DNA of 50,581 nt from a virus. Lineage: Duplodnaviria; Caudoviricetes. This document shows, piece after piece, positions 17,668-27,186 of this stretch. The notes beneath the pieces are model-generated. The model searched no databases and had not been told where the DNA came from. It saw nothing but the letters and a program-made list of their open reading frames with translations. Where the stretch lies: positions 1 through 50,581 of IMG/VR virus record IMGVR_UViG_3300048849_000135; one strand, 5' to 3'. Every line of letters starts with the position of its first letter. The stretch's first letter is position 1. The position numbers and the translations under genes were made by a program.

Positions 17668-18298
17668 CCTCATTCCGCAGGACGTGTTCGATCGCCTTCC
17701 CGAGCAGTTTCGGATCCGGGCTCGCCAGATAGCGCACCGCGTGACCGAGATCGATCGGCTGTTGCAACCATGCTCGCTCGACGCCCTTCGTGAGGCGGGC
17801 CGACGCTTGCACGGGCAGCTTCGCCCGCAGCCTGAGATCAACGTCGAGGACTATGCTCGGGAGTTCAAGGCAGCCTGCGCTGATCTGCCGGATTGGGCCG
17901 TGTCGGAGGCGACGAACGACTTCCTCGCCGGCCGCGTCGAAAACCATACCGGCCAGTTCATGCCGACCTGTGCCGAGTTCGCTCGTCATGCCCGGTCGAT
18001 CATCGCGCCGTTCCGTGGCGAACGATCCGGCCTTCGCCGGGAAGCCGAGAAGCTCTTCGAACGAGCCGAGGACGAGCGGCGCCGGCAGGTGATCGCCCTT
18101 GAGCGGCAGGATCCCAAGCACCTCACCAGAATCCGGGAACTGAAGGATCGCGTTCTCAAGGGCGCTCCACGATCGCTGTCAGCGGCCCCGCATTCTCGCA
18201 TCGCCCCAGAAGAGCAGGCGAGGCTCGATGCCCTCAAGCGCCCCAGGCCGGAACCCGTTTCGAAAATCCCCCAGTCCAGAGCAGGGAGAGTGAAATGA
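17660..18298 (+). CDS. Replication-associated protein (P/helicase-loader position)
   Basis: LPDWAV..A...F...FMPTCAEF motif; follows the initiator. Confidence 0.6.
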   Translation: MRDLIPQDVFDRLPEQFRIRARQIAHRVTEIDRLLQPCSLDALREAGRRLHGQLRPQPEINVEDYAREFKAACADLPDWAVSEATNDFLAGRVENHTGQFMPTCAEFARHARSIIAPFRGERSGLRREAEKLFERAEDERRRQVIALERQDPKHLTRIRELKDRVLKGAPRSLSAAPHSRIAPEEQARLDALKRPRPEPVSKIPQSRAGRVK

Positions 18299-18777
18299 CC
18301 GAACTCGGAATTATCAAGCACACGCAGCGCAACCGGCACGACCCCGACAATGGCGTCTACGGCGACTGCTGGAGGGCAACGGTAGCGTCATTGCTCCGCT
18401 TGCCGATCGATGACGTCCCGCACGTCTGCGATGGCCCAGACGACGGCAAGGCCAGCGAGCGGATGCGGGCCTTCCTGGATACGCAAGGCTGCGCTCTGAT
18501 CCAGATCCCGTTCAACGGCGAAATGTCGTTGGACCAGGTGCTGGACTATGTCGGCTCGCTACCTGTTTCGGGTGGTCTTCACTGGTGCCTCATGGGCACC
18601 AGCCGCACCGGCTGCAATCATGTCGTCATCTGCAAGGGCAGCAAGATCGTCCATGACCCTTCGATCACGCAAAGCGGGATCGTCGGGCCCGCGAACGACG
18701 GGCTGTGGTGGGCAGAGTGGATTGTGCAACGGCCAGCATGCGACGTCCTCGCCAAAGTTGAGGAGCAAGCAGCATGA
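18295..18777 (+). CDS. Phage hypothetical protein (GDCWRA..ASLL...HVV....IVHDP; papain-like Cys/His pattern)
   Basis: Motif recognition; ATGA coupling. Confidence 0.7.
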   Translation: MTELGIIKHTQRNRHDPDNGVYGDCWRATVASLLRLPIDDVPHVCDGPDDGKASERMRAFLDTQGCALIQIPFNGEMSLDQVLDYVGSLPVSGGLHWCLMGTSRTGCNHVVICKGSKIVHDPSITQSGIVGPANDGLWWAEWIVQRPACDVLAKVEEQAA

Positions 18778-19301
18778 TCGTAACAGCCAGACAGTTCAGC
18801 AGCGCCGCCGAGATGATGACCGCCGCGGCTGCCGTGCATGCCAAGTGCTTCAAGCCGAAGAACAGGTTCGTCCCGAAGCCCGCGCCGGCGGTTGCGGTAC
18901 CCCAGCCCACCAAGTCGAAACCGAAGATGCGCGAGCGTATCCCGCTCTGGGAGCGCTCCACCATCCTGTTTGACGCTCACGTCGATGCTTACGCGGCCGA
19001 CCGCCACATCAAGGCGATGGTTGCCGCTGGACAGATCTCGGTCCTGCAGGAGCCACGCAAAACCATGCCCGAGATTGTCCTCGAAACGCTGGAGAAGTTT
19101 CCCTTCGTGACCATGGACGAGGTCCGCGGCGGCAGCCGCTGCCGTCGCGTTGTCATCGCCCGGCACACCTGCATGTACGAGGTGAAGATGCAGCGGCCGG
19201 AGAAATCATTCCCGGATATCGGCAGGTGGTTCGGCGGACGTGACCACACATCGGTTCTGCATGCCGTACGCAAGATCGAGCGGATGAGGGCGGACGCATG
19301 A
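18774..19301 (+). CDS. DnaA C-terminal HTH domain protein
   Basis: SFPDIGRWFGGRDHTSVLHAVRKI. Confidence 0.88.
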   Translation: MIVTARQFSSAAEMMTAAAAVHAKCFKPKNRFVPKPAPAVAVPQPTKSKPKMRERIPLWERSTILFDAHVDAYAADRHIKAMVAAGQISVLQEPRKTMPEIVLETLEKFPFVTMDEVRGGSRCRRVVIARHTCMYEVKMQRPEKSFPDIGRWFGGRDHTSVLHAVRKIERMRADA

Positions 19302-19603
19302 ACCGCTACAGCGCCTACCCACATCGTGTGCCTGGCGGCGTCGGTTTCTGGGCAATGATCCGGCTCTGCCGGGATGCTAACCCGGCGCCGGTGATGGATG
19401 CCGGCGAGAAGCCCAAGGTATTCGCCACCAAAGGCGAGGCGGCGGAAGAGTGCTTGCGCCACATCATGGCCTTCATGAACGGCCGGACGATACGCGGCGA
19501 GAAGTTCGACACCGGCGTCGTCAGCCTGAAGGACGTGCGGCGGGCGAAGGCAGACAAGCTGTTCATGGGCGGCGGCCGGACAGTCCAGGTTGAACGGGTA
19601 TAG
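19298..19603 (+). CDS. Hypothetical protein
   Basis: ATGA-coupled. Confidence 0.7.
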   Translation: MNRYSAYPHRVPGGVGFWAMIRLCRDANPAPVMDAGEKPKVFATKGEAAEECLRHIMAFMNGRTIRGEKFDTGVVSLKDVRRAKADKLFMGGGRTVQVERV

Positions 19604-19617
19604 GTGAGAGAACGACA

Positions 19618-20214
19618 ATGGCGGTAGTCAGCAAAAAGACGAAGAAGCGGGCAGTTCTGTCCTTCAAGGGGCTGGAGGTGGCGAACAGCGATCTGGAATT
19701 TGTGGGGCTGGGCAACCAGCATTCCGAGATGAAGATCATCGAGATCGACAATCCGCATTTCAGCAAGGCGCATGCCGGCGCATCCGGCAATCCGGCAACG
19801 GTCAGCGCGGCCCTCAACCTCCGAGAAAGTCCCATCGCGATGATGTTTGCCAAGGGCCATCTGGAGCCGCACCAGCTCCAGGCTGCGAACGAGTTCCGGC
19901 GAGTCTGGGAATCGCTCAGCGGGGCAGGGGCTGGATCGTTCGACTATACCCGCGAGCGGGTTGATGGCGGCGGTGCACGCGAGCCAATAAGCGACCGACA
20001 GATTGACGCGGGAAAATCGCTGAAGAAGTGCCAGGAGGTGCTAGGCCCGCGCCCGTACGACATCGTCTGCAAGGTGGCCGGCGAGGGGCGGACCATTGCC
20101 GAGCTTGGGACGACGAAACGGGAGCGGTATACCCTCGCTGACTACCTCAGGAACGCGCTGGATGATTTGGCTGTGCATTGGGGCCTGCAGAAGCGAAAAA
20201 CACCACCGAAATGA
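19618..20214 (+). CDS. Putative late-gene regulator/antiterminator (DUF6456-like)
   Basis: Last early gene; LR.ALD.LA.HWG C-terminus. Confidence 0.7.
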   Translation: MAVVSKKTKKRAVLSFKGLEVANSDLEFVGLGNQHSEMKIIEIDNPHFSKAHAGASGNPATVSAALNLRESPIAMMFAKGHLEPHQLQAANEFRRVWESLSGAGAGSFDYTRERVDGGGAREPISDRQIDAGKSLKKCQEVLGPRPYDIVCKVAGEGRTIAELGTTKRERYTLADYLRNALDDLAVHWGLQKRKTPPK

Positions 20215-20295
20215 CTATTGGTGGTGTTGTCAAGGGAACCCTTGCACGGTAAGTAGTGAATATGGTGGCGATTTGCGCGAATCAGTCACCCGATC

Positions 20296-20319
20296 AGCCG
20301 CCCCACGAGGCGGCTTTTC
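20296..20319 (+). terminator. Intrinsic terminator downstream of the putative late promoter
   Basis: AGCCGCC-ccacga-GGCGGCT stem followed by T-run; upstream TTGTCA-17-TAAGTA. Confidence 0.7.
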
Positions 20320-20328
20320 CATTTCCAA

Positions 20329-20811
20329 TTATCCGAAGCTGTACGACATAATCATCGGGATTGCGCCCGGCTCAGCTTTCAAACGAGCGCTGCCAAGCGC
20401 GCGAAAGTGGTCTACCGGCTTTTTGTGCCCCCACATCGCCTCTGCGGTCCCGCTGATGCGATAAGTACCGCAGTTTTCACAGGCGTATTCGCTATAATCG
20501 CCACCGGTTTGCGCAGCCCTCACTGCGCCAGGCCTTTTGCAGACTGGGCAAGCGTCCGGGACTGCAACGGCCTCCAACACTCTAGAAGCGCGATCGATGA
20601 TGTCTTCGGGGACGGCTGTGCCTTTGATTGCGTCGCTTGCGAGGGTGTCGAAGACAGCCCATTTGGCGGCGTTCACATGGACCGGCCGCGTGGCTGATTT
20701 GTTCGCTTCGATGTCCTGTAAGGTTCTTGTCGGGATGCCCATACGCTCGGCGAATGCCGTCTGCGTGAGTGGGACGGACTCTCGCAGTTTCTTAAGTTTA
20801 TCGTCCGTCAT
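20329..20811 (-). CDS. XRE HTH protein fused to a C-terminal Zn-ribbon (CPVC...CENC)
   Basis: LTQTAFAERMGIPTRTLQDIE; two CxxC pairs; GGAG RBS. Confidence 0.85.
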   Translation of the reverse strand: MTDDKLKKLRESVPLTQTAFAERMGIPTRTLQDIEANKSATRPVHVNAAKWAVFDTLASDAIKGTAVPEDIIDRASRVLEAVAVPDACPVCKRPGAVRAAQTGGDYSEYACENCGTYRISGTAEAMWGHKKPVDHFRALGSARLKAEPGAIPMIMSYSFG

Positions 20812-20877
20812 TGAAGATGCTCCAAAACGTTGCTACATTTCGGGAACCGGAGAGGTTGCAGCCCCTCCGGCCCCCGG

Positions 20878-20946
20878 TTACCGGCCGATGGAGATTGCTA
20901 CTCTCCACTTGCCGATCCGGACTTGGAAGGTGAGCTTAAAGCTCAT
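20878..20946 (-). CDS. 22-aa peptide MSFKLTFQVRIGKWRVAISIGR
   Basis: Translated by hand; perfect AGGAGG RBS; flanked by hairpins; first ORF after a promoter. Confidence 0.7.
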   Translation of the reverse strand: MSFKLTFQVRIGKWRVAISIGR

Positions 20947-20991
20947 GGGTGCCTCCTAGTCCTTCCGAAGCGGGATTGCTTCGGTGAAATT

Positions 20992-21043
20992 GTTATGCCA
21001 CGGTTTCCGTGCCTTCGCAAAGAGAGAAAACACGGAAACCGTG
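20992..21043 (-). promoter_or_regulatory. Promoter TTGCGA-17-CATAAC with two CACGG-N3-CCGTG palindromic operators (20999-21011, 21031-21043)
   Basis: Read directly from the sequence; one palindrome lies in the -35/-10 spacer. Confidence 0.7.
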
Positions 21044-21166
21044 GATTTGTTTGAAGCCGTGCGGGTAACCGTGCGGCTTTTCCATTGCAATCGGGAGCCG
21101 ACAACGGCTTTCCGGTATGGAACATCGCGTGTCGCTGGACGGTTTCTCCTGCAGAGGAGGAGCCGC

Positions 21167-21379
21167 ATGAACCAGAGATCTAGAATACGTTCCTATTGGC
21201 CGGCCATTGCGGTGATCGCAGTCATCATCGTTGGCACTGTGCTCGCGCTCTACATCTCGCGAGCTCCATCGGCACCACTGGTTCCGCCGGACCGCGAAGG
21301 GACGCAGAACGCGTTGCCTGCCGCGCCCGGTAATCGGGAAGCGTTGCCGGGAACGCCGCGGCCACCTCCGAACCCGTAG
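21167..21379 (+). CDS. Small single-TM, Pro-rich protein
   Basis: GAGGAGGAG RBS; GGAAC-N17-GGTT promoter at 21119-21144. Confidence 0.7.
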   Translation: MNQRSRIRSYWPAIAVIAVIIVGTVLALYISRAPSAPLVPPDREGTQNALPAAPGNREALPGTPRPPPNP

Positions 21380-21527
21380 TAATCAGGAGGGCGAAAGTTG
21401 TGCAGACCAGCTGCTCCGCCGTCCTTCCTGCATAGGCGACGGCCGCCTTTATAGCCATAGTCGGGCAACGGATCTGGGGAAGTCCTCCTAGACAGACGCC
21501 GCGCAAGCGGGCCGACTAGGGCAGCGT

Positions 21528-21716
21528 TCAACGCCCAACCCACGCATCAAACGCGCCACGGTTCTTCATGGCCCTCACCGCGGCGTCCAGATTGAAAGCC
21601 GATGGCCTGAAGCGCTGGAATAGCTCAACCGCCTTCGCCAGCGGTAGATCATAAGCAGTCTGGAAAGTCTCGATTGTATACTCGGATATTTTAGTCTGTT
21701 GTTCCTCTTCAGCCAT
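21528..21716 (-). CDS. Small hypothetical protein
   Basis: GGAGG RBS; GGAAC-N16-CATT promoter at 21743-21767. Confidence 0.65.
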   Translation of the reverse strand: MAEEEQQTKISEYTIETFQTAYDLPLAKAVELFQRFRPSAFNLDAAVRAMKNRGAFDAWVGR

Positions 21717-21876
21717 GCGGTATCCTCCATCGCAATGCGGAGAATGAATAACCATAGCGTAAGTTCCGCTCCGGATATACTCGTCGGCCAACGGCGCGCT
21801 ATTTAACGCGCTGGTTGCAGGTTCATACTCGGTTCATCCACATCGGAGCATGGTCGTCTTCCATCAATTGGAAGGC

Positions 21877-22206
21877 ATGAACATGAACAGAATTCTATCG
21901 GGCATCGGCGCTGCTGCAGTGGCGCTTGTCATGAGTGTGTCGAGCTTTGGCACTGCGACCGCCGGCCCGATCGTGGGTCATCCGACCCAGATCACCTCGG
22001 GGGTTGAGCTCGTGCAGCACCGTGACGACCGGCGGCACCACGCTCGGCCTGATCGGAGGGACCGCAGGGAAATGCGATCGAACAGGCGGGATCGCCCTGG
22101 CCACTGGAATGGGCACCGCGGCTATCGTGATGCTCGCAGAGGCTACCGCCGTCACAGCGATGGCTACTACTATGCGCCGTCCGTCTTCAGGCTGATGATC
22201 CGCTAA
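21877..22206 (+). CDS. Secreted Arg/His-rich protein (BA14K-like N-terminal region)
   Basis: Signal peptide; VELVQHR; WNGHRGYR...RRHSDGYYY. Confidence 0.75.
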   Translation: MNMNRILSGIGAAAVALVMSVSSFGTATAGPIVGHPTQITSGVELVQHRDDRRHHARPDRRDRREMRSNRRDRPGHWNGHRGYRDARRGYRRHSDGYYYAPSVFRLMIR

Positions 22207-22237
22207 GCAGTCTTGGCTTCAAGTCGAAGCCTTCGAT

Positions 22238-22269
22238 AGCCCCGCACCGGAAACGGTCGCGGGGTTTTC
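22238..22269 (+). terminator. Intrinsic terminator
   Basis: CCCCGC ACCG gaaa CGGT cGCGGGG followed by TTTT. Confidence 0.7.
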
Positions 22270-22368
22270 TGCGCCCCTTTGCTTAGGCTGGCAATCAGCT
22301 GTGATCTCAGCTGAGTCGCAAGGGGCGTTGAGCGCCACCCGGATGCGAACGTCCCGGGTGGCATCTTC

Positions 22369-22521
22369 TCAATGACAGTGCGGCACTCCCGCTTTCCGAT
22401 CCATATGGCAACATTGCCCTGGTGGTGAGTCTTTGCGGCAACCGCCACCGTGAGCCCACGCGGCAGACGAAAATGCCGTAACGAGTGCGATCGTAGTTAC
22501 TGCTGAAAGCAAGAATTTCAA
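22369..22521 (-). CDS. Small secreted His/Cys-rich protein (YHYH-like HGGG...CH...HCH)
   Basis: TTG start after GAGGGG; signal peptide ending AWA. Confidence 0.7.
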   Translation of the reverse strand: MKFLLSAVTTIALVTAFSSAAWAHGGGCRKDSPPGQCCHMDRKAGVPHCH

Positions 22522-22626
22522 TTTAACCCCCTCTGTTGTAACAGCTGAAACAAGCACGCCGGAAGTGGCGAGTCGATCAGTATCTCAACCGAGAGATGTC
22601 TTTGAAACTATAGTATAAGGTTCCCC

Positions 22627-23244
22627 ATGCGACCGTTCCCGCCCGAAGCCATTTTCGGTCTTGACGGTCCAACCTTCATGCCGGCGTCTGAGGTCGGCTC
22701 ATGGGTAGAGGCCACCTTCTTCGATCCGTCGTCGCCTGTCGCCAATCCCGACCATGAGCATCTGGCGCAGGCGCACATCGGCTTCCTCTGGACCATCGTC
22801 GAGAACACCCGCAAGGGCAAGCGCGTGATCGGCCAGTGCGAAGAGGGAAAGCCTCAAGGTGCCATGGGCAAGTGGTCCCGCGCCCGCGCAGAGCAGCAGA
22901 TCGTCGAGTGGTTCGGATCGACGCCAGATTTCATCATCACGCTGGATGCTGACTATTGCCGGCAGTGTGGAGATGCCGAGTTCATGGCCCTTGTGGAGCA
23001 CGAGCTCTACCATGCAGCGCAGGACACGGATGACTTCGGCCAGCCGAAGTTCAGCAAGAGCACGGGCCTTCCGGTGTTCACGGTACGCGGACACGACGTT
23101 GAGCAGTTCGTCGGTGTCGTCCGACGGTATGGTGCAGATGCATCAGGCGTCCGTGAGATGGTCGATGCAGCCAACCGTCCGCCTGAGATCGCCCGTGCCA
23201 GGATCGAACACGCGTGCGGGACGTGCCAGTTACGTGTCGCCTGA
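22627..23244 (+). CDS. Putative phage metallopeptidase
   Basis: ALVEHELYH; HDVEQF.GVVRRYG. Confidence 0.88.
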   Translation: MRPFPPEAIFGLDGPTFMPASEVGSWVEATFFDPSSPVANPDHEHLAQAHIGFLWTIVENTRKGKRVIGQCEEGKPQGAMGKWSRARAEQQIVEWFGSTPDFIITLDADYCRQCGDAEFMALVEHELYHAAQDTDDFGQPKFSKSTGLPVFTVRGHDVEQFVGVVRRYGADASGVREMVDAANRPPEIARARIEHACGTCQLRVA

Positions 23245-23270
23245 AACCTTGATGGCAACTTGATAGAACG

Positions 23271-23735
23271 ATGGCAAAAGCGAAACTCACTCGCGAGCAG
23301 CAAACCTATGTGGTCCAAGCGCTCGCCTGCTTCGACACGCCTTCGGTTGTGGTCGCCTCAGTCAAAAAGGATTTCGGCGTCGTTCTGAGCCCCCAGCTGG
23401 TCGAAACGTATGACCCGACTAAGAAGGCGGGGCGCAATCTCGCTGCTCGCTGGCGTGCTCTGTTCGAAGAGACCCGCAAGACGTTTCTGGAAGACACCGC
23501 CTCGATCGCCATCAGCCATCGGGCTGTTCGGCTTCGCGCTCTCCAGCGCATGGCAGACAAGGCAGAGACGAGCGGCAACATGGTGCTGGCCTCGTCGCTC
23601 CTGAAGCAGGCAGCCGAGGAAGTCGGCGGAAGCTACACCAATCGGCGCGAGCTGACAGGGAAGGATGGAAAGGACTTGCCGGTGCCAGTGTCGCCGGTGA
23701 CGATCTTCCAGTTGCCCGACAATGGCAGGAGCTGA
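23271..23735 (+). CDS. terS: Terminase small subunit (DUF2280)
   Basis: VQALACFDTPS.V...YDPTK; ELTGKDG; directly upstream of terL. Confidence 0.85.
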   Translation: MAKAKLTREQQTYVVQALACFDTPSVVVASVKKDFGVVLSPQLVETYDPTKKAGRNLAARWRALFEETRKTFLEDTASIAISHRAVRLRALQRMADKAETSGNMVLASSLLKQAAEEVGGSYTNRRELTGKDGKDLPVPVSPVTIFQLPDNGRS

Positions 23736-25131
23736 GCAGGGCGCGGCAGCCCAGACGATCATCCGGCCGCAACCGGGCCCACAGACAACGTTCCTCGCTT
23801 CACCGGCTGATATCGCGATCTATGGCGGGTCGGCAGGCGGTGGGAAGACATGGGCACTCCTTATGGAGCCGCTGCGCCATATCGCCAATAAGCAATTCGG
23901 TGCCGTGTTCTTTCGGCGGTCGACAGTGCAGGTTCGGAACGAGGGCGGTCTGTGGGATGAGAGCGAGAAGCTCTATCCTGCCATCGGCGCGGCTCCGAAG
24001 GAGCATGTGCTGCAATGGAGCTTTCCGTCCGGCGCGTCGGTGTCATTTGCACACCTGGAACATGACAAGACGGTCCTGAACTGGCAGGGCTCGCAGATCC
24101 CGCTCATCTGCTTCGACGAGCTCACGCACTTCAGCGCCAAGCAGTTCTGGTACATGGTTTCGCGTAACCGCTCGATGAGCGGCGTTCGGCCATACATCAG
24201 AGCAACCTGCAATCCGGATGCTGATAGCTGGGTCGCCGAGTTCATCAGCTGGTGGATCAACCCGGACACTGGCTTGCCAAGCCCGGAGCGGGCCGGCGTC
24301 CTTCGCTGGTTCGTCCGTATTGGTGATGCGCTGATCTGGGGTGACAGCCCGCAGGACCTGGCGCACTACACCGCTCCGAACGAGGATGGAGTAGACGCGC
24401 CGATCCCGCCGAAGTCGGTGACATTCATTCCGGCCAAGCTCAGCGACAACCGCGCGCTGATGGCTGCCGATCCGAGCTATCTGGCAAGCCTCATGGCATT
24501 GCCGACGGTAGAGCGGGAACGGCTCCTCGGTGGCAACTGGAAGATCCGCCCGGCTGCTGGCCTCTACTTCCAGCGCGCCTGGTGCCAGGTTGTCGACGCT
24601 GCTCCGCACGATGTCCGCTGGGTGCGAGGATGGGACTTGGCGGGAACGCCGAAGACAGAGAGCAACGATCCGGACTGGACAGCTGGCACACTGATGGGGA
24701 AGACGCCGGACGGTCGGTATTTCATTGCCGACCATCGGCGCGATCGGCAGTCGCCGGCTGGCGTCGAGCGGATGATCAAGAATACGGCCGAGGGCGACGG
24801 ACGGCAGGTCTCGATATCACTGCCTCAGGATCCCGGGCAAGCTGGCAAGAGCCAGGTTGCGACGTTGACAAAGATGCTGGCTGGTTTCAGCGTTCGGTCA
24901 TCGCCCGAGAGCGGCGACAAGATCACACGCTTCAGCGGCTTCTCGGCTCAGGCAGAGGCGGGCAATGTATTCGTGATCCGCGGCCGCTGGAATGACGACT
25001 GGTTCACGGCTTTGGAGAGTTTTCCGGAGGCAGCGCATGACGATGACGCCGACAGCACGAGCCGGGCGTTCAACGCGCTCATCTCCTCGCCGCCGGTGAC
25101 CACTACAACCACGGTGAAGGGGCTGTACTGA
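23722..25131 (+). CDS. terL: Terminase large subunit
   Basis: Walker A YGGSAGGGKT, FDELTHF, TCNP, WDLA, HDDDAD. Confidence 0.95.
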   Translation: MAGAEQGAAAQTIIRPQPGPQTTFLASPADIAIYGGSAGGGKTWALLMEPLRHIANKQFGAVFFRRSTVQVRNEGGLWDESEKLYPAIGAAPKEHVLQWSFPSGASVSFAHLEHDKTVLNWQGSQIPLICFDELTHFSAKQFWYMVSRNRSMSGVRPYIRATCNPDADSWVAEFISWWINPDTGLPSPERAGVLRWFVRIGDALIWGDSPQDLAHYTAPNEDGVDAPIPPKSVTFIPAKLSDNRALMAADPSYLASLMALPTVERERLLGGNWKIRPAAGLYFQRAWCQVVDAAPHDVRWVRGWDLAGTPKTESNDPDWTAGTLMGKTPDGRYFIADHRRDRQSPAGVERMIKNTAEGDGRQVSISLPQDPGQAGKSQVATLTKMLAGFSVRSSPESGDKITRFSGFSAQAEAGNVFVIRGRWNDDWFTALESFPEAAHDDDADSTSRAFNALISSPPVTTTTTVKGLY

Positions 25132-25141
25132 TCATTGGGAT

Positions 25142-25336
25142 TCAGGCGTCTCCGACAATCACGGTGATGATGCCGCTGCCACCGCAATGAGGGCAATCCT
25201 TGCCGCTCTGCTCACCGGAGCCGCCGCACGCGAGACAGATTCCTTCGGCGGACTGCTTCGAACCCGGTTCAGTCTCATCACCAGGCAGCAGCTTCGGGTT
25301 CTCATTGATGGGTTGTCCACTGGCTGTCATCGCCAT
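25142..25336 (-). CDS. Small CxxCxGxG-repeat protein (moron)
   Basis: CLACGGSG/CPHCGGSG; GGAAC-N17-TGTT promoter at 25357-25382. Confidence 0.7.
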   Translation of the reverse strand: MAMTASGQPINENPKLLPGDETEPGSKQSAEGICLACGGSGEQSGKDCPHCGGSGIITVIVGDA

Positions 25337-25405
25337 CTCCGGTGCTTCACGCAGGCAACAAGCGAGCGGCCGGCAATGTTCCGGCTATACGAGGTTCTAA
25401 TCCTT

Positions 25406-26776
25406 ATGACCGATGCCGTTGAGACAAAGCACCCGCTCTACATCGACCGGGCGGATGAGTGGTCGCTCATGCGAGACACCACGGCCGGCGAGAGAGAGGT
25501 GAAGGGAGCGGGGACGCAGTACTTGCCGCAGCCCTCGGGCTTCTCAGCGCAGGAAGATGGCGGCAAGGCATTGTACGACGCCTACCAAAAGCGGGCGCAG
25601 TTCCCGGAGATCGTCCACCCGACGGTCCACGGCATGGTCGGTGTCATTCACCGAACCGAGGCGCAGATCGAGATGCCGTCCGCCATGCGGGCGCTGTGGG
25701 AAAAGGCGACCAAAGACGGATTGCCGCTCGAGGCACTGCATCGTCGGATCACTGCTGCGCTGCTGACCACCGGTCGCTATGCATTGTTGGCCGATGCCGC
25801 CACGGAAGGTTCGGACCTGCCGTGGCTCGCCGGCTACTCTGCGGAGGCCCTCATCAACTGGGCAGATGATCGGACGATGTTCGTCCTCGACGAGAGTGGC
25901 TTGAAGCGTGAGGGCTTCCGCTGGGAGCGGGAGCAGCGGTTTCGGGTACTGGAGATGCGGGAGGGCAGTTACACCGTCCAGACCTATACCGGCACCGAAA
26001 GAACGCCTGGTCCGGTGGTGACGCCATCAGGGAGGGGCAACACCAAGCTGACCGAGATCCCGTTCGTTGTCATGGGCGCGCGGGATCTGTCGGTGTCTCC
26101 TGAGCTGCCGCCACTGCTTGGAGTCGCTCGATCGGCCATCGCTCTCTACCAACTCTCGGCAGACTACCGCTGGCAGCTGTTCATGACCGGGCAGGAGACG
26201 CTTGTTGTCATCAATGGCGATCCACCGTCTGCCGTTGGGGCAGGGGCAGTCATTGCCATCAAGCAAGGAGACCAGCAGGGCACGCCAGACGTGAAGTATG
26301 TGGGCCCGGCCGGCACTGGCATTGCCGCGCATCGCACTGCCATCCTCGACGAACGGCAAAACGCGGCTCAGTCTGGCGCCAGGCTGTTCAACAGCAGCGA
26401 GAGCAAGACAGCGGAGAGCGGTGACGCGCTGCGCATCAGGTTCGCTGCCGAGACGGCCACGCTTACGTCCATCGCGCTCTCCAGCGCCCAAGGGCTCGAG
26501 AAGGCTCTCCGGCACATCGCTGTCATGATCGGGCAAAGTCCCGATGCGGTGACAGTGAAGCCGAACCTATCGTTCGTTGACGCAACGCTGACGCCCGAGC
26601 AAGCGGCTTCGCTCGTCTCGCTCTGGCAGAACGGCGCAATTGCCTACGAGACGCTCTACGAGAACCTGCAGCGGGGCGAGATCGCCAGCGCCGAGCGGGA
26701 TCACGAGGCGGAGTTGAAGCTCATTGATGAGGAACGGTTTGGCAGCGAGGAGGAGCGGGAGGCGGCGTTAGCCTAG
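25406..26776 (+). CDS. Portal protein (DUF4055 family)
   Basis: Position after terL; YLP.P...Y.AY..RA.FP; size about 456 aa. Confidence 0.88.
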   Translation: MTDAVETKHPLYIDRADEWSLMRDTTAGEREVKGAGTQYLPQPSGFSAQEDGGKALYDAYQKRAQFPEIVHPTVHGMVGVIHRTEAQIEMPSAMRALWEKATKDGLPLEALHRRITAALLTTGRYALLADAATEGSDLPWLAGYSAEALINWADDRTMFVLDESGLKREGFRWEREQRFRVLEMREGSYTVQTYTGTERTPGPVVTPSGRGNTKLTEIPFVVMGARDLSVSPELPPLLGVARSAIALYQLSADYRWQLFMTGQETLVVINGDPPSAVGAGAVIAIKQGDQQGTPDVKYVGPAGTGIAAHRTAILDERQNAAQSGARLFNSSESKTAESGDALRIRFAAETATLTSIALSSAQGLEKALRHIAVMIGQSPDAVTVKPNLSFVDATLTPEQAASLVSLWQNGAIAYETLYENLQRGEIASAERDHEAELKLIDEERFGSEEEREAALA

Positions 26777-27186
26777 CCACCCTTTATCACGGTGAGCGCC
26801 GACCCGATCGCAAGCCCGACCAGATGAGAGACGGCCGCTCCGCGCGCTTCCGAGGCAGTTTGGCTGGCTGCCTCTTTTAGCTTTGTGCCAAGCGGTTGGT
26901 TAAGGCCTTCGGGCTGTGAGCCTAGGGCTGCAAAGCCATTTTTCGTGAGAGCGACTCCGAACGCGTTCATCTCGGTCTCTTGCTCGAACGTGACGAAACC
27001 TTCGGTTCGCAACCATAAAAGCAAATCATCAAAGGTTTCTTCGGGATCGAAACGGGGCTGAACGCGGGTCTTTGACGAGACATCCAGATAGTTGAGATCG
27101 ATCCGCTTCGGCCAGTTGTCGAAAAGCTCGCCGAGGATGTGAGCCGTCCAAGCGTTGCCAGCCTCACGATTAGATACGACGTCCAT
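26773..27186 (-). CDS. Antisense accessory protein (wHTH-like, C-terminal hydrophobic helix)
   Basis: LLWL..EGFV...LT.+G pattern; less GC-biased codons. Confidence 0.65.
   Translation of the reverse strand: MDVVSNREAGNAWTAHILGELFDNWPKRIDLNYLDVSSKTRVQPRFDPEETFDDLLLWLRTEGFVTFEQETEMNAFGVALTKNGFAALGSQPEGLNQPLGTKLKEAASQTASEARGAAVSHLVGLAIGSALTVIKGG

Noticed and set aside
25187-25405. N-terminal extension of the portal ORF in the ORF track
   Set aside because: It is the antisense of the 25142-25336 moron and its promoter; portal-like sequence begins at ATG 25406
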